From positions 62,001-126,000 of the forward strand of contig JBLDXI010000074.1 of NCBI GenBank assembly GCA_047495785.1: 64,000 nucleotides of DNA, written 5' to 3'. The notes below the pieces were generated by a model that saw only the letters and a list, made by a program, of their open reading frames with translations, was not told the DNA's origin and did not search any database. The DNA comes from Lepidodermella squamata. Its lineage: Eukaryota; Animalia; Gastrotricha. The translations under genes and the position numbers were made by a program. Shown here one piece after another: positions 23,469-36,903 of this stretch; position 1 is the stretch's first letter, and each line of letters starts with the position of its first letter.

Positions 23469-26400
23469 TTAGACGTTGTTCATCGTCGGCACGCAGCTGG
23501 GCAAGTCGCTCCACAGACCACTCGGTTGGCATGTCACCATGGGATTTCCGACTATCCTGTAGCCCGGGTTGCACGTGAACATCAACCGGCGGCCGATTTC
23601 GGCAGATTGACCTGTGAAAATATATCAGAATTCAAAATTTATTAAACAAAATTAGGCTAGGTATATCATGAATTTTCCCTTCTTGAATTGGGAATCCAAA
23701 CGTTTAGAATTTTCAGATTTTTTTCAAAATACAAAACTCTGTGGCATCCCAGATTCCAGATTAAATTTCCAAAAATTATCCTTTTTATTATGCCAAATCG
23801 CTAGATCCTTTTTTATCGGTAATCGAGAATCGAAGCCGATATCGATTTCCGTCATCAATATTACAAATCAGTGATTTTTCCGATATTAGCAGTCTAGGAT
23901 CCCTACAAAGAATAGATATACCCAAGGGGGTAAAAAGCTAAAGAAGGTAAAAAAACCCATGGTTACAGGATGAATCCTCATCAAACAAAAAAGAAACAAA
24001 TCAAGTCGAAAAGAAATAAATTCGCAAAAATCCGGAGCTAAAATGCTCAAATTTAGCGCTGAAACCTTGCAAAGTGGCCGAAACCTTTTCTTATTTTGGC
24101 TGCATGATACCATTTGTTATTAAGAATATTTGTCAATTTTTCCTTCACAGACTACTAATATCGGAAAAATCACTGATTTGTAAAATCGATAACAGGAATC
24201 GATATCTACACTGTTAGCTGAAGTATAACCCAAAATTGAACGCCTACGGCGCATAATACGCCGAATAAAAAATCGAGATTAAAAGAAAAACTCGGAACTA
24301 TTTTCAAGTTTTGTCCTCATATTCCTGATTGATTAAAGTTAATTTTTACCAATTTTCAAAAATTCTTAAAAAAATCGATTTCACTCCTAGTTTTTCTCCA
24401 TGTTTCCCGCTATCTGAAAAACTGAAAACTGAGATGAAAACTGACCATCGTGCAGGGCGTTGTCGACGCGCGGGAACTCGCCGCAGTTGGTGGCGAGCAG
24501 GCATTGCTCGGTGCGCGACCACTCGCCGCTGGGCAGGCACGCGGCGCTGAAGACGGAGAGGCGGCTGACGGGCGTGACGAAGCGCCGGTCGCACTGCACG
24601 ACCACCGACTGGCCGTAGACGGCGAACACGCCCGTCGCGTTCGAGTGCGCCACCGTCAGCGGCGTGCAGCCGACCACCTCCGGGCACCGCACCACGTCGA
24701 CGTGCACGGCCGGGTAGCCGATGTAGTTGGCGATGTGCAGCCGCAGGTAGCGCACGGCCGCTAGTGGGGATGGCGAGGGAAACCTGCGATGAAAAACAGA
24801 TGAATTAACACACAAAAAGTGATAAAATACTCAATTATTGGTAAAAAAAATGATCAAGAATTGAAATTGCGAAAAAAGTTCAGATTCACGATTGGGAAAA
24901 AGTTTAAAATCAACACAAGCTTGAAAAAGTCTGAAATTCGAACTAAAAAATGGCAAAGCGGTTCCTGAGTTTTCCGCACATTTGTCAGTTTTATCAACAA
25001 TTTAATCGGTTAAGGGTTCAGCCCATAAATTTGAAACGAATTCAGAAAGTAAAATTCAAAACCCGGGTTATTTTCCCCAACTTAAATCGACCGCATCAAT
25101 AATAGATTTTCAAATTTCAGCACTTATGTTAGGGTTTCAACGGTAAAATAAGAGATGTTGTGTATTCAAGGTTTTTCCTATGACTCATCCGAGACCCGAG
25201 ACTTCAGTTTCAGTTATAGCGTATACCAACGGCTATCAAATTAACAGGGCCGAAGATCGCCTCCACGCCATGCATCCTTTTTTGCACAAATAGTCACTAA
25301 TTTTTTTCTAAAATAAGTAAAAATATGCAAATATTCCTAATGGCATAATTTCTGCTGATTCTAAAATGGGGCTTTGGAATTTTTTAGGAAATAATTAAGA
25401 TCATACTTCTTGGGATCATTACTTTATTAAGTTTTGCCCCAACGTCAGCCTCATCTGACGACAAACCCAAACCGCGATGACGAGACGTGGTGACTGGCCC
25501 TGAGCGCGAACTTGGCCTTACGTGACCGGCTTTAGCCGATCTCGTCGGCCGTTGATGAACGTTCCGGCCTGGTGGCTCTTTAATTAGGGCCACTTCCGGA
25601 GGGGTCAGTCGCTTTCAGAGCGGCTTTTAAAGAAAATACAAAATGCTTGCTGGCTTGTAATAATCCTTGATTTCCTATATTCCTTAAGGAATTCAGGCGA
25701 CTTTGTTGGGACTTTTGAATTCTGTGCATCAAATTTGCCTTTTATCAACATTTCATGAGGATCGATTATCGATTATCGATTATCGAAAGTGAAAATGAAA
25801 AATCAATCACCCCGGGTGCAGGAAAAAGCTAACGATCTCAATGTCGCCAAAGAATTCAACGAAATAATTATTGGCAAATCTTGTTCCACCAAAATTTGAT
25901 TCTGTTTCCAAGTTTTGCCAGTGTGACATATTCGGGGTTTTTAGGCCGCATTTTTAGAACCTAATAGAAATTCGAATAAATTACCTGCGAATTACGACAG
26001 ATCTGGCGTCCCAATTTCCGTCAATCATCGCCGCAACCGAAGGTTCCGACTCCAATTGCTGCCAAGTCTGGCCGTTTGCGCTGAATGTGATGTAGTACCG
26101 CGAAATCCAGTGGTCCCACCGCCGCCGGCCCTGCAGAACCAGGGCACTGATTTGGTAGGGTGCGCCAAGGTCGAGCTGTAGGAATCCGTCATTTTTATCG
26201 CACTCAGACGGACACCAGGCTTGTAACGCCGAGGACGTGAATAGCGCGTGAGTTGGGTCGCAAGATGCGCCGAAAGTGCCTGGGCATGTCGATCGCGGCT
26301 TGGCCGGGGCGCCCATTCTGGCCGAGCTCGAGGCTGCGAAAGTGATTCCGGCTGGAATTTCACTTGAAATCACTGAGCAGTGGTCGATAGCAGCTAATAA

Positions 26401-29400
26401 ATAGTGGAAAAAATCGCAAAATTAGCGACAAATTGAATCAAGTTATATCAAATCGGGGTTTAACTTTCTATTCCATTTTTTGCATGATACCTATGATGCA
26501 TAGGCACGGTTAAACAAGTTGACAAGTGATTTTACGATGCCAAATGAAATACAGGGTTGTGAATTGAACTGACCGCCAATGATCACATATGAAAAAATCA
26601 TCCGCTGTTGTTTGTGGATGAGTAAAAATAATCTGTAGATGTTATATCGATTAGGAAAACTGATGGAAGTTCTATTTTCGAAATTTCGAATTGGAAAATA
26701 TTTGGGCTTGGTTTGACGACTTGAGACCGAAAAACTGGACAGTTCGGTAAAATGCATTATTTTCAAGGAAATGTTGAAATGCTCAGATTTTGTTTTCAGT
26801 TTGACTTCAGTTTCAATTTGATCGAAGCAAAATTATTCATGGCAATTTGTTTTCTTTTCGAACTATTAAAAAATTTATTATAAATATATTATGGTTCTCA
26901 AATTTTTGGATTTTCCATGCTTAAATTCAAATAAAATCCCATCAAATTTGACGTAATTTTCAGTACTTAAAACACGGAGTAATATTGATTTGAGAAAATC
27001 CTTCGAAAATGACACTTCAATTGATTGAATTTGACGTGAAGTTTGAAATTTGTGTTTCCGCTAGGGGCTCGAGGCACCGCATATTCGGTCCAAGCTCTTG
27101 GTTCCTCTAATTTTCAACTTCAGACTTCCCTAAACTTCCCATGGGATGAAGCCAATCGTTCACATCCAATAAAAAATGCAAATTTTATGAACTTACATAT
27201 GCACATGAAGGTGACTTCGAGGTAGAGCGAGCGCAACGGGCAGGCTAAATTCAACTTCTGGCAATTGCCAAGAATGTTATCACTCGCAAACACGCTGCAG
27301 TTCGACTTGTCGTTACACAACGCCGAAACGAAGGGTTTCACATCGAAAAATCCGCAATCCGCCTCAATAGCGCCATCATCGACCGGATTCTGCTGCCCGC
27401 ACGTCATTTCATTCGGGAAACTGATACGCCCGAAATGCGCCTGGACGATGCGGATGACGTCATTCGACCGGCTGCCGAACGGACCGCCGCAACTCAACTG
27501 AGCAACTGTGTTGTAGCAGATTTGCCGAGTCGTCAGAATCGCCTCAGCCTGGGGTTGAGGGTTGTAGGGTCCATTCGGGGTGGTCGGTGCGATTGTCGAC
27601 GTCATAGGCAGTTGCGACATAGTAACCGGCATTGGCGTGGTAGTTGGAGCGCTAGTTGGGATAATCGGGCCGTCTAGGCGTTGGTAGAAACGCAGATTCA
27701 CGTCGTTGCTCGAGTCCAGATTGCAGGCCTGTGATTTTGGCAGACAGTGCTGTTGGGCGAGGATGTACGTGAAACCGACACAGTTGGCCATTGACCGGCA
27801 AGTATCGGCGCACTGGTCGCTTGAACAGGGCATGCATTCGCCTTGGGGTATGGTTCCACTCCAGCAGTTTTGGTTCGGCACCTCCTGGAAGCCACGTGGG
27901 GTCGGGAACCACGTTGTAGCTGTTGGCTGGTTAGTCGTAGGCGCGGGCGTGGTGGGCGGAGCTCCAACTGAAAAAATTCGAATTAAATCGTAATAAATTA
28001 GAGTAAAATCAGATTATCCACATGAACATGATTCCCTAACGCTAATTAGAAAATAGGTTGATCAAGAATTAATCTAAACGATAAATCTTGCAAGCAGTAG
28101 CTAACTTCCAATACTATTTTTTAAATCAAGTTAGTGTTTTTTACTACAGATTCGATTGATTTCGATGAGTTCTTCATCTCCATTATTTTTAAGCTCAAAA
28201 ACTCTGAATATGACTTCAGTATCAAATCTAGTATCAAATCACCGAAAAATCTGGAAAAATACCGAAAATTATCGAAAAAATACCAAAATGTGACCTTCAG
28301 GGTTTTTATTCCCAATTGTTCTAGTCAATTGCGAAATCAACCCAAACTTCGAAATATCTAACTCCTTTACTAAATTTGATGGAAACCCCATTAGAAAGCA
28401 AAATAAAAGAAACTACAGCTGCCCCACAAGTTTTGCTATTTTTCGAGTTATCACATTTTGATTCGGTAATTTACGATATTTTACTAGATTAAACAAAAAT
28501 TCTGCGCAGTTTTCAATCTTATAGATCGACCAGTTTCTACTTGCATTTTTATTGAATTTTGAATTGCCACTGGCCTGGATTGAACATCATAAATGCCTTT
28601 TTCCTTTATACATTTTTGGTTACGATTTGGACAAATATTGTGTCATTCAAAGTCCTTACTATATAGTTGATAACATAGTCACGGTGAAACAGGTTGACAA
28701 GTGATTTTACGGTTCCAAATATAAGACAGGGTTGTGAATCGAACTGACCGTTAATTACCACAGATGAAAAAATTATTCGCTGTTGTTTATGGATGAGGTA
28801 AAAATAAAAAATAATAATATCTTTATAAGTTATATCGGCTAGGCACCTAGGCATCTTGAAAATGGATAGATCTTCCAAATTTGTCTACGGCTTTTTTGCA
28901 GACTTTCTATGGAAGTTTTATGGAATAAAATAGCTTTTTCGGCGTAAATCACAAGAGAACTTTTCAACTAAATTTCGAATTTTAAGCTCAGAAAAAGGTG
29001 CTATTTTCAAAGAGTTATCAATTTTATGGTCGCGATTTAGGCCAAAATTCAAAGTCCTTACTGAAGTTTAGTTATTTTATAATCCTAAAATCGTAACTCC
29101 ATTGATCCCGATTGATCCATCTTGTTTTCCAGTCAATAATACATAATTTATATAAAGACGTTTTTGGTCAAGGTTGCACTAATTCGAGCTAATTATAGCA
29201 ATATAGAAAATAAATTACGTCTCGAGTAGAACACAATATTAGCATCAGGCGAGGGTGTAAAGCACGGCGTGGACACGGGCAAGCAGGTGCGTTCTGGGCC
29301 GACCCAAGTGAAACCGACGCAGTTGGTACTCGCCCGGCAATTCGCGGCGCACTCTTCAATCGAGCACGCCTGGCAAGACAACTGCGCGAGTTGGATCGAC

Positions 29401-32400
29401 GAAAAGCGGCAATCGAACAAGCTCGGCGGGGCAAAATCAGTAATCGCTTCAAATTATAAAAAAAAATCGTGAACACAAAAACAAACAAAAATGTCTAAAA
29501 ACAACTTACGAGGTGGCGGGGTAGGAGCAACGGTAGTTGTGGTGTAGGCGGTTGAATAAACTGAAAATTAATTATAAAAAATTGGTTATAAATCGGGAAA
29601 AAATCATTTAAGTATCCCAAAAGCGGTGTAATTATTGACCCAAAAGCTGTTTTTTTTTGTATTTTTTACTTTCAAGCTCTTGCTCATGGGAACGAGAGTG
29701 CTCCATGGAGCCGTGGTGAGGGCGCCGGCGCGCACCTCCACCACCACCACCCTCGTGACTGCCGGCGCCGCCGCCGCCGCCGCCGCCCTGGAACATGTGG
29801 CGCATGCTGTTGCGGCGGTTCGAGCGACCCATGAAACGGATACGCTCGCCCGGGTGGAAGTCGAAGAATACACCTGTGGGTTTTAGGGCGTCATTACTCG
29901 GAGCAGCCATCGCCCGGGGCAAATTACGCCCGCGGGCTCTAGCCATAGGTGAGAGTGTGGGGACAAGTGAGTCTTGACAGGGTGAATAATGAGAAACAAA
30001 ATTAATTCAAATGAAAAAAATTCAATTTTTTTTTAAATTGTTTTAAAAAATAATTACAAACATACCCCGCTCATAGAATCGAATCTGCTCATTAACAGTC
30101 GGGTTACTGCATGTCCCACTTTTCGGGATACACCTGCGAAGTTGATAGGGAATGTATGTGAAACCGCCACATCCAGGTAAGCTATCGCAACGACGGGCGC
30201 ATTCCTTGGAAATGGAAAAAATCAATTTTAAAATCATTTATGAAATTAATTAAAATATTTACCAGTGCGCTGCAATCAACGCAACCGCCCTCGGATAGAA
30301 TATTTCCATAACAATTACCAGGCAACAGATGGTATCCAGGAACCTCTGAAAAATGAATGCATTTTTTTATATTTTGTCAAATAATTTCGAAAAAAACATA
30401 AAAAAAGCAGGTGTGTGATGGGCGAAATTATTCATCAAAATTATATCGGGTAAAGCAAATTAAAATTGTTCGGCAAAATCAACGAAATAATTGTAGGTGA
30501 TTTGTTTTCCTCACTTGGAAACACTCTTCTTGTCACATTTGCAGGCGGTTGCCTTCGAGCTTTCTCATTCACGTCGGCCTTGTTGGAACTCGACCTAGGC
30601 GATGGGCTGATTTTCAACGAGTTCCAAAACGACGCGATCTGAAGCGGGGTTTTATTGCTGACCTCAACCGATCCTGGTAGGCGCGTGAAATCGTGCTTAT
30701 TATGCGTACGAACAGACGCTACATTCCGCAACTCCTCCTCGCGAGTCCCAGTCTTAGCGCGATTTCTAGGGCTGATATTCACACTAGGACCCGTTTTGCC
30801 TAACCACGGCATTGGGGGTAGAGTCGGCCTTTCGCTGGTTAAAACGGGTTTTTTCGTCATGTTATCACTATTGCTATTACCCGACCGGGGATTAGCCGCA
30901 CTTCTAGCAGTAACCGGCAGTATTTTCCGCTCTTTAATCGGCCCAATCGAGTAGGGATGTAAAGCACTACTTATCGTAGTTGGTTTTCTAAACACCCTGG
31001 GGGTACTAGTTGAAGTGACCCTTATCCTTGGGGTAGTCTGTGGCATCGTTTTTACAGTCTGTTTTTTGACAATTGGCGTTTTCAACGTTGAAGTCGGCGG
31101 GGTTTTATACTTAATCCGAGGGTAGGGTATGAGACCGATGGGCGATGTTGAAGCTGTTGAATAATTCAATGAATTTCGGAAAAAATTGTTAAAATTTCCA
31201 AAGCGTTATTCGATTTTTTCGCGATTTTTCTTACCTGCAAAGGTTGCTGGAGGTGTATTGCTATCTGTGGTAGTAATTTCGATGAAAGGCGCAGTTGTTG
31301 TTGTCATTTCGGTAGGCCGCGTTGTTGTCGATCGTTGGGTAGTGGTTGTGTCCGGGTTCGGAGCCCAAGTTGGCAGCGTAGTGCCTTGAGTTGGCCGCGC
31401 TGTTGTTGTGATGATCTCCTCCTTAACGTAGAATTTAACGTCCTCAGCTGGAGGAGGCGATTGGCAAGTTTCCGATTTCGGAACGCATTGACGCTAAAAT
31501 ATATAAGAATAATTTTTAAAAATCACTTCAAAAGGGATTTTTTCGAATTTTTGAAAAATTATTTAAAAATGCCAATTAAAATTAAATGCAACTGTCAGTC
31601 ATCGATTAATTTATTTACATTTTTTAATCGGGATAACTCGTGACGAATAGTAAGCAATACTTTAATTGATATTTCGACTCTAAAATGAGATATTCCCGCT
31701 ATTCTAATTTATAAGCATTTTACTAGCATTTAATTCTGTGGAATCAACTTTTTCTGGCCGAGAAAATGTTCAAAAAATCACCTTTGCTAGAACGTAAGTG
31801 AAGCCAGAACAGCCGGGTAGAAGTGAGCAGCGTAACGCGCACTCCTCAATCGCGCAATTTTCACAGCCTTGCTCATCAATCGGCGAGCCGAAGCAGTTAC
31901 CCGCCAATTGTTTATAGCCCGGCAACGGCTTGAACCAAACCGCTGTAGTTGTCGGGCCTTCAGTCTGCGTGGTAGTCGACTGTGTTGTAGTCGTGGTGGT
32001 TGTTCGAGTCGTCGATGGCGTGGTCGTAGTAGACGACGTGGTGGAAGGCGTTGTGGGCGGGTTCGTTCGAGATGTGGTAACCACCCGGGTTGTAGTCGCA
32101 TTTGTCTGGCCGCCGGGTATGACAGTACTGCCGCCCGGGTTCATTTTAACGTACACGCGCTGCATGTCACTTGTGATCTGCTCGCGACATGTTTGCGACA
32201 ACAGGTCACATTTCTCATTACTGAAAAAAATTATCAAAAAATTAAATTAAAAAATTGAAATTTTTGAAATTTGACAAAAAATCGAATTTTCATCGCAAAA
32301 AATAATTATGCTTACTTGATATAATAAGTGAAGCCAGCGCAATCAGCCCTGCCATTACACCGCTCCTTACACTCATCGATTCCACAAGGCTGGCAATGGG

Positions 32401-34342
32401 TTGTCGTATTTGCAACAGGATCGCAATAGCCAGTCAGCAGCGTATAGCCATCGATCACTGAAAAATCGAGAAAAAATTAATGAAAAAATTCAAAAATTCT
32501 AATCGCAATTCAAGGCGAAAAGCTGGAAATTTGTTCTTCTCAATCATTCGTTCATTTCAGTCTGGTTTTCTACTACATAGATTATAGTCAGGATTCTACT
32601 CGCGTTTGCAAGCTTTTGCTGGATATTTTTTTAAAGCTTGAACCGCACATGTTGTGATCGCAAAGACGTTTTCCGAGGTCATCCTGCGAAACGCCGCTTT
32701 CCATCGAAACACCTCTACACATTTAGCAAGACATAAAAATCCCATATTATTATCCTGTAATAAAAATTCCAACATTAATCATCTACTAGAAAAGACTACA
32801 TTTTTTTAGTAAATTTCTACTGAAGAAAGCTACGTTATTGTTTATCATTAATATTGGCATGCAATTTCAACTATTATTTGAGATCAATATCCCACATTTC
32901 GCTTGTTAATTAGCATTATAAGCGGCTTTTTATCAATTCTTACGCTGTAACATTCCCGGATCTTCTGTCAATAAAGTCTCGAAGACTATTTCCATAAGAC
33001 AACACACAAAGTTAGAACAGTCAAACGAACAGTCAAACAAAAATTACAACAAACTAATTCGAATTTTTTTCCAACTCACATTTGAAACTAGGCTGGCCAG
33101 GCACTGAAAATAAATTAAAGCGGATTAATCGAAAATTCGTTTTAAAATAGAAAATTTCCTACTTTTTTGGTAGAATTTGGTGAATTCGTTCGGGAATGGT
33201 CGGTCGCATGTTTGCCACTTGAGGTAGCAAAGCCGAGTTTGAGAAACGAACGAAAACCCGGCACATCGAGCCGTAGCTGAGCAGAGCAGCGAGCAGTAAT
33301 CCACCGTGCAATTTGAACACCCTCCATCGGGCACAACCGCACCAGGGCAGTTGCCGGCTAATAGTCTATAACCAGGAATCGCTATATAAAAAATTAATTG
33401 AGATTAAGAAATGACCTGGGAATTTTTTTCAAAAAATATTGCACGCTAAAAAATAACAATGTGAGTACTAAAAAAAATGGCGGGTTCAACATAATACAAC
33501 AGAGTGACTTTTTTCGGTGTCAAAAACAGGCAAACAAACCCGGCGCGTCGGACTGGCGTTTTACGCGAACTAAATCAAGGTTATGTAAGTTAACACATTT
33601 TGTTCCCAAAGCACTTTTACGGTAGAAAAATATGTACTCCTAGGGTACTTTTCTTCGGTACTTACCTGGGAAGACTTTATTGTCGTATGCTTCTACGATA
33701 GCCTCAGCAGTTTGGCCCGCTTCTTCCTCGACCAGTTTCGCATTCGCGTTCACTGCAGCGCTGTCATCGTGGGAAACTCGAGGCTGGATCAAATATTCCT
33801 CTGAAAAAAGAACAACATTCAAGATCAAGAAAAGTTGTGAATAAAAAATTATAAAAAATTTACATTATATTTTTTAAAAAATTTAAAGTTTAATTTCAAA
33901 GGGAAAAATAAATTGAAAATTAAAAAATCAGAAACTACAGAAAAACGTAAAAATACTAATTTTCAAATTTTTCATTATTCATTATCCGAATTTTCTCACC
34001 TTTTTTGCCGTAGTAATGAACACGATCGCTGGCTTCTGGAGCGACGCATTTTTCGTTCTTCAGCAAGCACCGATTTTCGTCGAGGATATACGAAAATCCG
34101 ACGCAAGTTTGGAGCCGCGAACACGCCGAAGCACAGTCGAGCAGCGTGCAGTAGACGCAACTCTGCTCGGCCATCAAGCCGCCGCGGCAATTGCCCGGCA
34201 ACTGTTCGTAGCCGCCAACGTGCTCGAACACCTTAGTCCACGGGATGTCAGGCCGGCCCATTTCGTTGCCGGAAGCAGCAGGGGCTGAGGTAGAGAAAAT
34301 AACGAAGATTAACGCGAGATGCATGAGCCTGGCGTGGCGCAT
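23469..34342 (-). CDS. Secreted mosaic protein: signal peptide, 7 PAN/apple-like repeats with Thr-rich linkers, SUEL/Gal-lectin, F5/8 type C (discoidin), 2 Sushi/CCP
   Basis: Starts MRHARLMHLALIFVIFSTSAPAASG at 34342. PAN-like units (C-x3-C-x5-C-x-GF-x-Y/F/W...C) at ~34.1, 33.3, 32.3, 31.8, 30.2, 29.3 and 27.8 kb. SUEL (LSC..IRIVQAHFGR..YLEVTFMC) 27.5-27.2 kb. F5/8 (AWCP..FLQLDLG..LQGR) 26.4-26.0 kb plus 24.8 kb. Sushi 24.6 kb and 23.6 kb, ending CNPGYRIVGNPMVTCQPSGLWSDLPSCVPTMNNV*. Includes a 24-nt micro-exon at 33103-33080. Confidence 0.82.
23838..24206. mobile_element. Inverted-repeat element (MITE-like)
   Basis: ~58-bp arms at 23838-23895 and 24149-24206 (TACAAATCAGTGATTTTTCCGATATTAG vs CTAATATCGGAAAAATCACTGATTTGTA). 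A related arm lies near 39115. Confidence 0.65.
26505..26650 (+). repeat. Dispersed intronic repeat, copy 1 (copy 2 at ~28680-28840)
   Basis: CACGGT.AAACA.GTTGACAAGTGATTTTACG...ACAGGGTTGTGAAT.GAACTGACCG...CGCTGTTGTTT.TGGATGAG present in both copies. Confidence 0.8.
28680..28840 (+). repeat. Dispersed intronic repeat, copy 2
   Basis: Direct, diverged copy of 26505-26650. Confidence 0.8.
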
Positions 34343-36903
34343 CGCAGTTGGCGGACTCTGATCACGACTTGTGTAATATCGCTTAAAACAAGTCATATAA
34401 TCTTTCTTTTTCGTAAACGCAGAAACAGAATCAAAACTCGTAACAGCGTACCACAACTATATCATTAGTGGACGCCTATATCTGGATGATTTTAAAAAGC
34501 TATAAATAGTAAAGAAAATATGAAAAACATGAATAGCAAACATTCACCAACATATAATTTCGAGTTAGGAGGACCCACATTTTTCCTAGAAGCCCTACAT
34601 TCAATTGTGAAAACGCGTTTTCGTTCAATTTACAGGATTAAGACACTTCTAATTATCGAAAACTGTGAGAAAGTGTCATTTCGTATGAAACTCTGCTCTT
34701 TTTAGGAATTTAACCAAATTTCGAGGCTATAAATGCCAAAATACCTAAGAATCCTAAGGAGGTTCTAATGGCGAAAATTAACTTAAAGCATAGCTAAAAC
34801 AAGTAGAAATGAAAAGAAAGCGCGCTTTTTAATGAGAAAACCAGTAATACCTGGGCAAGTAATTCAGCAAAAAACGAATGTTCTGAATTAATTTAACGAA
34901 GCCCGACTTTGTTTGACGTCATTAGCAATTACTTTAAAATAGAATTAGTTTTTCTTATAGAGGACGTTCTGATTAATAAAACGAACTCAAAGCGCCAAAG
35001 CGAAACGAGACAATAGGGAAAAAGTGAAATCCGGATCGAAATTCAATATTATATGGATCTACCGTATCTCCCTATGTAAACCTCGCCCGATAAATTGATT
35101 AGTCCTTTACCTAAATTTCCGGTTCATAGTTTACCAATATTTTCTTGTTTACCGAAAACAGGAAATTTATTCAAAGGTAATAGCATCATCTCGATAGATT
35201 GAAAAAAACTATCTACGAATAACGAAAAATCTTACTGCGGAAGATTTACGGATAAAACGGTAAATTATTCGGAATAGAAAAAAATCTGACGAAAAAATTA
35301 AGGCGGCGTTAGGGACGCTATAATCGCGTGTATGACGCCAGGTAAGTTAATAAACCTAAATTAAACTAAGCTGAAAAATTAGGTCACGCTGTTAAAATTA
35401 GCATGTAAAAATGTGTTAAAGTTTGGTGCTGGGGGGCTATGACTAGAAGCGACCAAGTCCCCCACTCACGAGAGGGGCGATGATAAAATTGAGTGAAATT
35501 TCGCGAAAAGGTCATCGCTGCGAAAGCCACCTCGCGGGTAAATACGGCCGCATATGAGGCGAAACTATTTATAGCTTTGACACGTCTATGTGACAAGTTA
35601 AGTTGGCCCATCATCATCATTATGGTCATAATTGCCCGCTCAATCGCGCTGTACACACGAGAGAAGTGCTCAAACACGTGGTGGTGGTGTGGGTATAGTT
35701 ATACACTATATGCGCCTTGTGTAATAATAAGACGAAAAACAAGCGCAATCATTGGTCGGCAAACTTTGACGCTCACAGAATGTTAAACGGATACATTATA
35801 TTATACGCGAAATATACGCGCAAATATGCAAACACAGCAAACAGAGGCCACGAGACGATAGTGATGATGATGATGATGAGCGAGATAATAGCCGGGGCGG
35901 GTAATTAGCTTCTTCCTTTCTCACCGCCCCGCCCTCTCAGGAATTTCTCGAGCGCTGTAAGAAATCGCCGTAAATTTCGTGACTAAACGTTTTAGGCGTA
36001 TAAACGTGCCACTACAATCACGCCCCATTAGCGCGAGTAAATATATTATAAAGTGAAATTAAATAACAGGTGGTAAAACTGTGCGGTAAATTAAGAACGG
36101 CGCGACACGTGACGCGTTGACCTCGAAAAGGCGGCTGTGAATTCTTGAGAAAGGCGGCGTCGGAAACGCGCCAACAACTTGAGTGAATTGTAGAGAACGC
36201 GTCCCTACATTTCCGAAATGTAAAACTTGAGTTGTCGCTTTTGTTTATTACTAGCGTTAGTTAGTTGGTCGTGTGTTGTTGTTTTTCGGGATCGTGAGAC
36301 AAAAAATCGATTGATCGGATGTTTGCGGGCTAAAACCCGCCCAGGTTCGGGATCCATCGCGCAAACAAGGTAGGCTGGTTAGGTAGGCGGTTTTTAAGAG
36401 CACCCACTTGGCTAATATATTATGTTGTTCGTGTTGTTGGTTGTGGTGGTGGTGGTGGAAAATTATAACACACAAGGGCGTGTTGTTTGTATCGTGAGCT
36501 GCTTCTTCCCACCTCGATATTACTAGGCCGAGGAGCAGCGAAATAAATGCATGAATAAAATATAGAGATTGTTTCTTCTGCAGCCACACAGCACATTTTG
36601 TCAACAGCCACCACAGCGATGCTATTATTATTATTATTATATTTTCAAGGCACCGCGACAACAAAGCGATCACCAACGAATGCGTCAGAGGGCGCTAAAT
36701 ATATACCTATACCTACCTAGCAGTGGCTATATAACAAAGAATGTGAAAAATATACGCGAAAAACGTTTTACAGCTCAAATAAACAAAAAATCGATGCAAA
36801 ACGCGCCAAACACCTCAATTAAAAGTTTGATAACACATCAGAAATTCAAATATTATTATTGTTCTTAGACCCAAATAACAAAGCGATTTCCTCTCTTCCT
36901 TAC

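Noticed and set aside
36257-36676. 139-aa ORF with poly-Ile/poly-His as a possible last exon of the CAP/ShK gene
   Set aside because: It derives largely from trinucleotide microsatellites, and the acceptor choice is ambiguous without transcript data.
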